A DNA stretch of 64,000 nt from Candidatus Poseidoniales archaeon (GTDB lineage: Archaea; Thermoplasmatota; Poseidoniia; Poseidoniales; Poseidoniaceae), in assembly GCA_003602575.1 (NCBI GenBank), contig QQRY01000059.1, positions 145 to 64,144 on the forward strand, read 5' to 3'. Position numbers and translations under genes: made by a program. Within the stretch, counting starts at the first letter, position 1, and each line of letters begins with the position of its first letter. A model generated the notes under the pieces. It did not search any database, was not told where the DNA came from, and was given only the letters and a program-made list of their open reading frames with translations. Below, piece by piece: positions 1 through 10,300 of this stretch.

Positions 1-25
1 AATATGAGGCCGACTATGGCCTTCT

Positions 26-3000
26 ATGCGCAGCCACATAGTAGCACTATTAATCTTGATTTTGCTAGGCCAGTCATTATCCAATCTCAATAGTAATAAT
101 CACGATATTGATTCATTAAATGATGATTTAACTGCCAAATCAACACAAAATAATATTAACACAATTGTATCGAACTCAACAAATCTGGGCGTTAATCAAT
201 CTATGAACATAGCAAGTATAGCTGGCTTAAGTGTAATAGACCTAATTATGGATGATGACAATAACATTTACATCTGTTTTCAAATGAGCAAAGGAAATTA
301 TAACTCACCTATTCAAATTGAAAATTATTCTTCAAATTCTAGTGAAGATTTCTATACATATATATTCGCTAAATTTGATTTCAACAGAAGTCTTGTTTGG
401 GCTTTCAACTCGACAAATTTAGGAAGTGATCCTAAAATGAAACTAACATCAAATCAATCCTTAATTATTGGTTCTTCGTATCGTAGCACTCCAAATACAG
501 TTTCGACGTTTTACAACCAAACTGGCACAAAGTCACTTTTTTTGGCGACTATTGACCCAAACGGAAATATGACGCGATTTGTAAAAGCTAACCCACCTTC
601 ATCAATTGGTATTGATGATTTTGCTATCGATTCAAATGGCAATATATACGTTTATGGTTATGTGGGGTGTTCATCATGTACTGCTCCAATATCCTTTGGA
701 ACAAGTACATTTTATGTTGCAGGTTCGACAGACTTCTTTGCAAAATTAAATTCAAGTGGCAATTGGGATTGGGGGATCGGTACAACAGGAAACTCTTGGG
801 CACCTAGTAATTTTTTGCTGAGTGTTGACTCAAATGATGATTTGATTATAGCAGCAGATCTCTCTCTCAAAACAGGAAATTGGGATATTAAAAATTTCCT
901 TGGGGTATCAAGAGCCAATGAACATCCTGAGCAACTTTCTGGTACCAATAATGGTTGTTTATTGATTAAGATGTATAATCACAATCGAACCATTAAATGG
1001 CACACTACAATATATGGAGAATCGGGTGCTACATTAAAATGTAATTCAATTGATGTTGACAGCCAAAATAATATTTTTATTGGTGGCTCATACAATGAAC
1101 CATTTAGAACGCACAATGGTTCTACGAGCCCTTATGGTGGGGAGGATGCATATGTCGCTAAATATACATCAAGTGGAAATTTATCTTGGGTAAATTATTT
1201 TGGAGGAACAGGAGATGACGTAATTTCATCAATCGTAGTTGGAAATAATGGATTTGTTTCTATTTGTGGTTATTCACGTAGTACTACGATGTCTGTTGAT
1301 AATGGATTTTTAACAGGAAACGTTCCAATGATATTCTTTATACAAATGGACAGTTATTCAAATTATACCACTAGAATTTCCTCTAACGGAATAGGAGATG
1401 AATTAAACTGTTTGATTGAATCAAGTACAAATGGAGAGAAAATTTTATTTTATCAATTTACTACACAAACAAGATTTTCTGATATTTCACATACAAGCAT
1501 AAAACAAACAGACCTTGCTATATTTGAGTTTTCTAGCGACTATGATAGTGATGGTGTTTCAGATTACAGGGATTATGATGATGATGATGATGGAATATTA
1601 GATACAATCGATAGATGCCAGCATGGTCAACTTGATTGGACATCAAATACTGTCACAGACCATGATGCTGACGGATGTGTGGATAAAACAGAGGATGATG
1701 ACGATGACAATGATGCTGTGAATGATCAATTGGATAATTGTTCCCTTGGTAGCGTTAATTGGATTTCAAACAATACAAGTGACATGGATAATGATGGTTG
1801 CCAAGATTCTGGTGAAGATGATGATGATGATAATGATGGTTTTATTGATTTGAATGATTTATGTCCTCGGGTTTTTGGAAATTCAACCTATTTGTCTGAA
1901 TTCGGTTGTATAGATACTGATGGCGATACAAGACCAGATATTACTGATTTCAAACCAAAAGATGCTTCTGAATGGAATGACGCCGATAATGATGGCTTTG
2001 GTGATAATGAAGACTTATATCCTTATGATTTTACACAGAACAAAGATTCTGATAATGATTCATATGGAGACAATTCCTATGGAACAGAAGGAGATTATTG
2101 TCCTCAAGTGTATGGAAACTCAACCATTGATGTTTTCGGATGCATAGATTCTGATGGTGATGGTTGGTCAAATGATGGAGATGCAGATAAAGATAATCCA
2201 ACACAATGGCAAGATCGAGACGGTGATGGATATGGAGATAATCAATCCGGAACTAATGCTGATATGTTTCCCTCAGATGGAACTCAATGGATTGATTCTG
2301 ATGGCGATGGTCATGGCGATAATCCATATGGAACACAAGGCGATTGGTTCCCTGATGACCCGACGAGATGGCGTGATTCTGACCAAGATGCTACAGCCGA
2401 TGAAGATGATGCATTTCCTAATGATGGAACGCAACAAGTCGATTCTGATGGGGATGGATACGGTGACAATATCGATGGAAATAGAGGTGATGCATTCCCC
2501 GATGACCCACTAGAATGGAAGGATTCTGACGGAGATCTTTTAGGTGATAATGCCGATATGTTCCCATATGACCCTACTCAAATTGAAGACAGAGATGGAG
2601 ACGGTATGGGTGATAATCCAATGGGAATTGGTGCTGATAAGTTCCCTGATGATGCAACTCAATGGGGAGATATAGATGGTGATGGATATGGTGATAATTC
2701 ACTAGGCAACAACCCAGATTTGTTCATCACTGATGCTACACAATGGGCTGACAGAGATGGTGATGGTTACGGGGATAATCCTCAAGGTAGGCTGTATGAT
2801 TTGTTCCCAGACAACCCGACACAATGGGAAGATGCTGATGAAGATGGACTTGGTGATAATCAATCAGGAACTGATGCTGACCCATTCCTCAACGACTTTG
2901 ATAATGATGGCTACAATGATTCAATGGACATCCTGCCCAAACTAGCAAGTCCAGGTGATCTAGACGCAGACGGATGTCTCGATGAAGTAGATGCATTCCC

Positions 3001-3649
3001 CGAAAACGGTCAAGAATGTGTTGATACAGACGGAGACGGAATAGGCAACAATGGCGATTCAGATGATGACGGCGATGGCTGGACTGATGCTGATGAAGAA
3101 AGGTTAGGAACTGATTCATTGTCTTCAACTGACACTCCTGTAGATAGTTTTGAAATTGTAATTCCAGGAACTGCAGTTGGACTTGGTGCTTGGGATTTAA
3201 TTGGAATATTTGGTGGCGTGCCATTTTTTGCTTGGATAGGTTTTGGATTCGCAACTAGAAATGGTCGCTGTGAACGATATGAAGAATTACTCAAAGAAGC
3301 TACATCAAGAGATGAATTAGAAAAAGTTGCACTACGCTGGGAATACTCGCTAATGCTCAGAATGTTAGGTCCACACCAAGGAATTAGGCTAGAGAGATTA
3401 CGTGCCGAACTAGATGACAAGTTTGAGAATGCAACCTATGATGAAACTGACATTGGTTTTGATCAAACCAGTATTGTAGAAAATGAAGGCAAAGATATTC
3501 CACCAATCAACGATTCATTTGCCGGACCAACAAAGGAAACAGCCGCAACATCAACCGATGAATCTGGCTATGAATGGTTCAAACAAGGTGAAGAGAATTG
3601 GTATCGACCTGTTGATAGTAACGATGAATGGTTCAAGTTTGAAAACTAA
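26..3649 (+). CDS. Large secreted/membrane-anchored surface protein: N-terminal beta-propeller-like (SBBP-type) repeats, many thrombospondin type-3 (DxDxDG) Ca-binding repeats, C-terminal TM helix and cytoplasmic tail
   Basis: Signal peptide; repeated 'IAIDSNGNIYV.G'-like blades; many D-x-D-G-D-G-Y-G-D-N units; hydrophobic segment LIGIFGGVPFFAWIGFGF. Confidence 0.8.
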   Translation: MRSHIVALLILILLGQSLSNLNSNNHDIDSLNDDLTAKSTQNNINTIVSNSTNLGVNQSMNIASIAGLSVIDLIMDDDNNIYICFQMSKGNYNSPIQIENYSSNSSEDFYTYIFAKFDFNRSLVWAFNSTNLGSDPKMKLTSNQSLIIGSSYRSTPNTVSTFYNQTGTKSLFLATIDPNGNMTRFVKANPPSSIGIDDFAIDSNGNIYVYGYVGCSSCTAPISFGTSTFYVAGSTDFFAKLNSSGNWDWGIGTTGNSWAPSNFLLSVDSNDDLIIAADLSLKTGNWDIKNFLGVSRANEHPEQLSGTNNGCLLIKMYNHNRTIKWHTTIYGESGATLKCNSIDVDSQNNIFIGGSYNEPFRTHNGSTSPYGGEDAYVAKYTSSGNLSWVNYFGGTGDDVISSIVVGNNGFVSICGYSRSTTMSVDNGFLTGNVPMIFFIQMDSYSNYTTRISSNGIGDELNCLIESSTNGEKILFYQFTTQTRFSDISHTSIKQTDLAIFEFSSDYDSDGVSDYRDYDDDDDGILDTIDRCQHGQLDWTSNTVTDHDADGCVDKTEDDDDDNDAVNDQLDNCSLGSVNWISNNTSDMDNDGCQDSGEDDDDDNDGFIDLNDLCPRVFGNSTYLSEFGCIDTDGDTRPDITDFKPKDASEWNDADNDGFGDNEDLYPYDFTQNKDSDNDSYGDNSYGTEGDYCPQVYGNSTIDVFGCIDSDGDGWSNDGDADKDNPTQWQDRDGDGYGDNQSGTNADMFPSDGTQWIDSDGDGHGDNPYGTQGDWFPDDPTRWRDSDQDATADEDDAFPNDGTQQVDSDGDGYGDNIDGNRGDAFPDDPLEWKDSDGDLLGDNADMFPYDPTQIEDRDGDGMGDNPMGIGADKFPDDATQWGDIDGDGYGDNSLGNNPDLFITDATQWADRDGDGYGDNPQGRLYDLFPDNPTQWEDADEDGLGDNQSGTDADPFLNDFDNDGYNDSMDILPKLASPGDLDADGCLDEVDAFPENGQECVDTDGDGIGNNGDSDDDGDGWTDADEERLGTDSLSSTDTPVDSFEIVIPGTAVGLGAWDLIGIFGGVPFFAWIGFGFATRNGRCERYEELLKEATSRDELEKVALRWEYSLMLRMLGPHQGIRLERLRAELDDKFENATYDETDIGFDQTSIVENEGKDIPPINDSFAGPTKETAATSTDESGYEWFKQGEENWYRPVDSNDEWFKFEN

Positions 3650-3689
3650 TCAGACACTGCTTATTTTCTATAGAACAATTAACTGAAAG

Positions 3690-3762
3690 TGCTCGTACCG
3701 GGATTTGAACCCGGGTCAAAGGAATGAGAGTCCTTTATGATGGGCCACTACACTATACGAGC
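3690..3762 (-). tRNA. tRNA-Glu (CTC)
   Basis: Reverse complement GCTCGTATAGTGTAGTGGCCCATCATAAAGGA-CTCTCAT-TCCTTTGACCCGGGTTCAAATCCCGGTACGAGCA folds as a cloverleaf; CCA not encoded. Confidence 0.95.
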
Positions 3763-4029
3763 TTGGCTAACCTGCCGTCGCCCATCCATTATTTAGAAAT
3801 CTCCCTTGAAGACTAGTTTCAAAATACAAATAATATGTTCACTTTAACTAAAAACTGAAAGTGTAAATGAGCCACTGAACGACATCAGTCATTCACTTAC
3901 AAATTGCCGGGTCTTTCTTCTTTTGATATACCACCGCCATTACGTTTGGGTCATGGAAAACGAATACTTGAATGAAAAAGAATTGAAATTCTCTGACTTG
4001 ATAGAGATAAATAATCACTCCCCCACCCC

Positions 4030-4137
4030 TTCGTGGAGACTTAGATGTACCACGAAAATAGCTCACCCCAGTGGCAGAATCCCATCCCTTTCTGCCGCTG
4101 CTGGGTGGCAACCGGTTTTCTCACCGTCTGAAAGACC
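4030..4137 (+). other. Candidate structured RNA / 5' leader with three consecutive hairpins
   Basis: TTCGTGG/CCACGAA (4030-4056); CACCC+CAGTGGCAGAA / TTCTGCCGCTG+GGGTG (4064-4107); GGTTTTC/GAAAGACC (4114-4137). Confidence 0.45.
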
Positions 4138-4200
4138 ACTAATGAGTGCTACAATTAACAACATAATTAGAAGGGTAAGAAAATCAAGAGGTGAGGCTTG

Positions 4201-4440
4201 ATGAGTAAAACTCGAAGACTTAGAAGTGAAATTTCAGAGTATCTAGATGATGTCGGAGAAGCAAATACAACTGCAATACTAGATCATATCAACAAGAGAT
4301 TTAGATGGGGCGCTACGATGAACCAATTAGGAAATGTACTTGCACGTGATAGTCGATTTACTAAAGTCGGTTTCGATGAAGGAACTGACGTAGGCGGTTT
4401 TAGAATGCGTGTCTGTGTTTGGTCCAAAGTGAGCGCTTGA
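4201..4440 (+). CDS. Small winged-helix protein, DUF3860-like (putative nucleic-acid binding)
   Basis: Motif NTxxILDHIN..RWGATMNQLGNVLARD..F.KVG...VCVW matches the DUF3860 pattern as I recall it; GAGGTGA SD upstream. Confidence 0.75.
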   Translation: MSKTRRLRSEISEYLDDVGEANTTAILDHINKRFRWGATMNQLGNVLARDSRFTKVGFDEGTDVGGFRMRVCVWSKVSA

Positions 4441-4478
4441 ATCAAAGAAGTCAAAACCCCTTAACCCCAGCCATATAC

Positions 4479-5357
4479 ATGTCGGGCAAGGTTCGAGCAT
4501 TTCTCGAACTAATGCGTCTGAAGAATGTAGTACTTGCGGCAATTACAGTGCCATTAGGCGCTCATTTTGCAATTGGTGGTGTCTGGTTTAATCAATATCT
4601 GTTAGAGGTAGCAATCCAAACCTTAGCGGTAGTATTCTTCATCGGTGCAGGAAATACGATGAATGACATCAAAGATTCTGAAATCGATAAAACAGCACAT
4701 CCAAATCGACCAATTCCATCCCAGCGTATCGCCATCAATGATGCGAAGAAATTTACCTGGATACTTTGGACTTTGAGCATAGTGTGTGTTTTATTTGGGA
4801 CTTTTAGGCTATATGACAATGATATGCAGTGGTACCCACTAGTTGCGATTTACGTAATAGCAGTTGCACTGATGATCAGTTATGACCATGGTCCAAAAAC
4901 TAAGGATTCGGGACTAATAGGTAACGTTTCAATATCAATTATGGTCGGTTCTGTTATTCTCTATGGAGCATCTAGTGTTTCAGCAATAAGTACACCTTTG
5001 GTCTGGTGGACTGCCAGTGTTGTATTCTTCACCAACCTTGCAAGAGAGATTGTCAAAGACTGTCAAGATATGGAGTCTGATGAAGGAATAAGGAATACAT
5101 TACCTATGTCTTTTGGATTACAGAATTCAAGAATGGCAGCTTATGTCATAATAATGGCATCATTAGTCTGCCTTTACATGCCATATTGGAAAGGGCCATT
5201 TGAATTTGGGCAACTATTCTTTCAAATACCTGCAATAATGACCTTAATTACTCTAAATAAGCCACTCTATGAAGGTAGAGATGCTCTTGTAGCAAGTAGA
5301 ATTAGAATTGCTATGTTATTTGGATTAACAGGATTTATCATTCCTATGTACTTGTGA
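4479..5357 (+). CDS. UbiA-family prenyltransferase, likely digeranylgeranylglyceryl-phosphate (DGGGP) synthase
   Basis: NDIKDSEIDKTAHPNRPIPS and REIVKDCQDMESD Asp-rich motifs, multiple TM helices. Confidence 0.85.
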   Translation: MSGKVRAFLELMRLKNVVLAAITVPLGAHFAIGGVWFNQYLLEVAIQTLAVVFFIGAGNTMNDIKDSEIDKTAHPNRPIPSQRIAINDAKKFTWILWTLSIVCVLFGTFRLYDNDMQWYPLVAIYVIAVALMISYDHGPKTKDSGLIGNVSISIMVGSVILYGASSVSAISTPLVWWTASVVFFTNLAREIVKDCQDMESDEGIRNTLPMSFGLQNSRMAAYVIIMASLVCLYMPYWKGPFEFGQLFFQIPAIMTLITLNKPLYEGRDALVASRIRIAMLFGLTGFIIPMYL

Positions 5358-6326
5358 TTATTCTAATCCCATGAATTCGTACATCGCATCCCAAGCGCCT
5401 TCAGACACTAAGTAAGCAAGTAGTGACATTTGCGCCCACATACGATTTTCTGCTTGGTCAAATACTATCGAATGTTCGTGATCCATTACCCAATCAGTAA
5501 CTTCATCGCCCCTATGTGCTGGAAGACAATGCATGAATTTCCAATTTTCATCCATATTATCAACTAACTTTTCGTTAACTTGGAAACCGTCGAATGACGC
5601 TATTTTATCCTTCAAGTGTTCTTCTCCCATAGAGATAAAAACATCTGTGTAAACTACATGTGCATCCTTAACCGCTTCAACAGGGTCGTTGGTTTGTACA
5701 ACAGAACTCCCATTTTTCTCAGCGAGCGACTGAACTCTATCCATAACATCTTTATCTGGTTCATATCCTTTTGGAATTGCATAATGAATATCAATTCCAA
5801 GAATCGCACATGCTAAGGCCAAATCGTGCAGAACGTTATTTCCATCACCTACCCAAGCAATCTTCAAATCATCTAATTCACTAAAATGCTCTAAAACAGT
5901 CATCAAATCTGCAGCTGATTGGCAAGGATGATGCTTGTCTGAAAGTGCATTTATCACTGGAACTGTTGCATGCTTGGCTAATTCTTCAACATCAGCATGA
6001 GCATAGCAACGGTAAGTCATTGCACCAAGGAATCTAGAAAGAACTTGGGATGTATCACCTACTGTTTCGGACTTTCCTAGTTGAATATCATTCTTGAGTA
6101 ATGTCAAAGGATATCCTCCGAGTCTATTAATTCCAACTTCGAATGAAACTCTAGTTCTAGTTGAAGGCTTTTCATAAATTGAGCCCACTGCCAATGAATC
6201 TAATGGGAAGAAATTCATTGCAACTTCATCGCCTTCTTTCCACAACCTCTTAAACTCAATTGCCCATTTTAGTATCTTATGAAAGTCTTCTTCTACATCA
6301 TCAATAGCTAGTATATGCTTGACCAT
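5358..6326 (-). CDS. argF: Ornithine carbamoyltransferase
   Basis: STRTR, HPCQ, DxxxSMG, HCLPAHRG motifs. Confidence 0.95.
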   Translation of the reverse strand: MVKHILAIDDVEEDFHKILKWAIEFKRLWKEGDEVAMNFFPLDSLAVGSIYEKPSTRTRVSFEVGINRLGGYPLTLLKNDIQLGKSETVGDTSQVLSRFLGAMTYRCYAHADVEELAKHATVPVINALSDKHHPCQSAADLMTVLEHFSELDDLKIAWVGDGNNVLHDLALACAILGIDIHYAIPKGYEPDKDVMDRVQSLAEKNGSSVVQTNDPVEAVKDAHVVYTDVFISMGEEHLKDKIASFDGFQVNEKLVDNMDENWKFMHCLPAHRGDEVTDWVMDHEHSIVFDQAENRMWAQMSLLAYLVSEGAWDAMYEFMGLE

Positions 6327-6380
6327 GACACCTCCAAATGAAGAAGGCTTCTAAGATTTCTTGATAAAACAAGATCAATA

Positions 6381-7199
6381 TTAATCTCTTTCATGCTCGA
6401 TATCTTGAGCAAAGCCATCTCTTGAATCGCCCATTCCACCAAATAATGCTTGGGCAAATGTCAGTACATCTGCTAGTCCATCTTCTAGTTCAGAAGAAAG
6501 TGGAGTCAAACCAGGTGCCTGCGAAAATTCTTGCATCATCCTCAGTTGATTAATTGCAAATTCAGTTCTTTGCCCTCCAGCCTCATCATATAATGCCAGT
6601 TCCAATATCTCCAACCTCTCGGACCATTCCAAAATTTTAGCAAGTTCATCTTCGTCTAGTAAATCTGATTTTGATAAGAAATTCTTTGTTGGAAGTCCAA
6701 GTCTAAATTCAACAATACTTGAGAGAAGCATCTGAGAAACGAAACCAGATGGAGAACGTGAAAGCATCGGGTCAAAGAGATAGATTATTGCAGACTGATC
6801 TCTACCTAGAACTTCAATCAAATGATTACTGGCTTCTCTAAATGCAAATAATTCAACTTGACCGGGAGTATCTACTATCATAACCTCGCCAGAAAGTGCG
6901 TGTAGTTGCTCTGCAACATCGCCTGCCTGTGCTGCCAGAAGGTCAGCAGCTAGAATTTGTGCACCATTTGGACCCAAATCATACTCAGACATAACCTCGG
7001 TAAGAGAAATTAAATCTCTAACATCAAATTCTGCATCATAATGTACTCTTTCTGCTCCAGGATCGAGATTTACAGCAATTGCATCTGTTTCTAAAAATCT
7101 TGACCATCTTTGAAACGCAGTTACTAAGGATGATTTTCCAGCACCTGCGGTACCTACAACAAATAATACAGGAGGAGTCCCACTATCCATACCGACCAT
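6381..7199 (-). CDS. GPN-loop GTPase
   Basis: GTAGAGKS P-loop, NLDPG, LGPNGA (GPN), DTPGQVELF. Confidence 0.93.
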   Translation of the reverse strand: MVGMDSGTPPVLFVVGTAGAGKSSLVTAFQRWSRFLETDAIAVNLDPGAERVHYDAEFDVRDLISLTEVMSEYDLGPNGAQILAADLLAAQAGDVAEQLHALSGEVMIVDTPGQVELFAFREASNHLIEVLGRDQSAIIYLFDPMLSRSPSGFVSQMLLSSIVEFRLGLPTKNFLSKSDLLDEDELAKILEWSERLEILELALYDEAGGQRTEFAINQLRMMQEFSQAPGLTPLSSELEDGLADVLTFAQALFGGMGDSRDGFAQDIEHERD

Positions 7200-7357
7200 G
7201 TTCAATGCTCCGACTCACCATAAATCAAGTTCACCGTCAAAACATAACATTTTACTCGCAAAACGCATATATTTATTCAAACCTTTGAGCATAATGGTTA
7301 TGTGCTATGCATCAATGGGCGAACTGGCGCATTGTGTTTATGCGCGGAGGAATTGAA

Positions 7358-10300
7358 ATGTCTGATGAGAAACCACCTATGCCCGAGATGCCACCTATGC
7401 CACCTATGAATGCACCACCTGCACCTCCAGGTATGCCTCCTATGGACGCTCCACCTGCACCTCCGGGTATGCCTCCTATGCCAGGTATGCCGCCAATGGA
7501 TGCACCACCGACTCCTCCAGGTATGCCACCTATGGACGCTCCACCGGCTCCTCCAGGTATGCCACCTATGGACGCTCCACCTGCACCACCTATGCCAGGT
7601 ATGCCACCTATGGATGCTCCACCTGCACCACCTATGCCAGGTATGCCACCTATGGATGCTCCACCCGCACCTCCTATGCCAGAAATGCCACCTATGGATG
7701 CACCTCCTGCACCTCCTATGCCAGAAATGCCACCAATGGATGCACCTCCTGCACCACCGGGTATGCCACCGATGGACGCTCCACCTGCACCTCCTATGCC
7801 AGAAATGCCACCTATGGATGCACCTCCTGCACCACCGGAAATGCCACCTATGGACGCTCCACCTGCACCACCTATGCCAGGTATGCCACCTATGGATGCT
7901 CCACCTGCGCCTCCTATGCCAGAAATGCCACCGATGGACGCTCCACCTGCACCACCGGAAATGCCACCTATGGACGCACCACCAGCCCCTCCAGGTATGC
8001 CACCTATGGACGCTCCACCTGCACCACCGGACATGCCGCCTATGGATGCACCCCCTGCTCCCCCTGAGATGGAGTCAAACGACGAAACGGATGTTTCTGA
8101 AGAATCAGATATTCTAACCGATCTCTCTGCACCACCGGCTCCACCTATGCCAGAAATGCCTCCTATGGATGCACCACCGGCCCCACCTATGCCACCTATG
8201 GATGCACTTCCGGCTGCTGATGCACTATTAGCGCCTCCAGCACCTCCTGTGGAAGAGACATCTGCTGCTGATTTACTACTAGCACCTCCTGCGCCTCCAA
8301 GCATGCCACCTATGGACGCTCCACCTGCACCTCCTGCGGCTGATGCACTTCTTTCTCCACCTCTACCACCTGCTACAGTTGAAGGAGATTCTGAAGAAAC
8401 TGAAGATATGACTCCTGATGAACAAATTGGAGAACAAGCTGGAGCAACTATCCGTTCTAGAGCTGAAGTTGATGAAGTCCCTGGAGATAAACTCGAAGGT
8501 ACATTGCATGAAGTTGAAAAAGCGACTCTCAACAGTGACGGAGAAATAATTAAGCAAACCGTAAAAGGTACTCTAACAATCAATAACCCTTCCAGTGATG
8601 ATAGAATTTACGATATTGACGTAATCCTTGACAATGCAGATTCAACTGATATTGGTGGCGACCATGTTTCAGTAGATGAATTAGAAGCTGGTAAGAAATA
8701 CAGTATGAAGTATAAGGTTGATGGAATGAGGATGCTTGTTCTTCGTGAACACCTTGACACCAATCCTGCTCGCTCTCAGGAGCGTTCATTATCTGTTGCC
8801 AATGGACCTGATGGTGGACCATTAGCCCTTGAGATTGAAGTTGAAAACGTTTCAAATGTTACTATTGATAATGTAGAAGTTACAAGACATATACCGAGTG
8901 AAATGTCTTTTGAGAATTCTGGCGACGCAGTAATCGAAGATGGAAACATGACATGGTCTGTTGGAAGTCTATCTGCTGGAGAAAAGAAGTCTCTCTCTAT
9001 TGAAGGTAAAATTACAGTTACTGGAACCAAGACAATCAATGCTGGCTCCGCTTCTGCCACCTATACCGCAAATTCTACACTATCAAGTTTGAATTTCAGA
9101 GAGTTGGATGCATTCTGTCGAGGGTTTACTTACATGAGAGTTCGTGAGGATGAAAGACCAGATAACTGGCTCTGCAAGACGATTTTCGAAAACCGTTCAT
9201 CCTTTGCAGTGGACTTGGTTAAACTTCAAGTTACTATGAAAGGAAGTAATGAATTATTATTCGATATATCTGATGTTGATGACGATGTACTACCTAACGG
9301 AAAGTGGGAATCTGATGAGAGAACTGTTGAAGCAACTTCTGAACCTGATTTCACTTATGATCTTTCATATACAATTCTACCTAGGGCAGTGCGCTCAACA
9401 GAAGGTTCGATAAGTCTAGAAGAGAGTTCATTCGACATTCTAGAAGCAGATGTCGAAAAGAAGTATTCAACTACTGGACTGCGTTCATACCGAAGTCAAA
9501 AAGTCGGAGCTTCTTTGAAGTTGACAAATTCTGGTTCTTCAACCATCAATTTGATGAGAATTACTGATGATGTCCCGGGACTATTTGACGCTCCAGACCT
9601 TGAATCAATGAGAATCAGTATTGGTGGTAAGGAACTTGAACCAGAGCAGTATAAGGCTGAAGTTAGCTCTGGAATCACTCTCGAGAAAGAACATCGTTCA
9701 CCTGATGGAGATGGACATACTCTAACCCTAACTATCGGTACAAGAGGACCTCTAGGATTAACACCTGGAGACGACATTTCCATAGAATATGATTTGATTG
9801 CACCAGATCCTTCTCCAGAAAATAAGATAGTAGTTGCTCCACTTCGTACCGAGTTCAGTGCAGAAAGATTTGGTCCGGTCTGTTCAAGAGATTGTAGCAA
9901 TCCTCCATCTCTGAAAGTAATTCACCACAGAAGAGACTTCTCTGCAGGTAAGCAAGCAATACCTCTCGGCGGCAAGGGAAGATACGAAGTTCTAATCCTG
10001 TTCGAGAATAACGGAGATACTGCATTACAAGATGTTTACATCAATGATGTGATTCCTTCAAACTTTGAAATCAAAGATTGGCATATCAAAGGAACCGGTG
10101 GAAAGCGCGATGATTGCGAAATGACCAGTGAAGATGGCGATGATGGTGCTCATGTCAGTTGGATGATCCCAATTGTCGGTAAGAATGAGAGATTAGAAGT
10201 ATCTTTTGAAATAAAAGGTTCCGGAGAAGTCGACGCTGAAGCACTAAATAGGTTCCACGGAGTCCATTTCGGCGATGAGGTTGAAACTGAAGATGTTCCA

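Noticed and set aside
1920..2945. Met-rich alternative-frame ORFs inside the first gene
   Set aside because: Artefact of GAT-GAT/GAT-GGT (Asp/Gly) codons creating ATGs in the shifted frame
3923..4201. 92-aa ORF upstream of the DUF3860-like gene
   Set aside because: No recognisable motif and it overlaps strong RNA hairpins; not excluded, but not called as a CDS
7400..8070. Possible CRISPR array (36-42 bp periodicity)
   Set aside because: No unique spacers, the repeats are in-frame coding, and there are no cas genes
7312..8583. 423-aa Gly/Ala-rich antisense ORF and the 235-aa His/Cys/Leu ORF at 7410-8117
   Set aside because: Shadow frames of the Pro-repeat coding sequence; wobble variation fits the PPMDA frame
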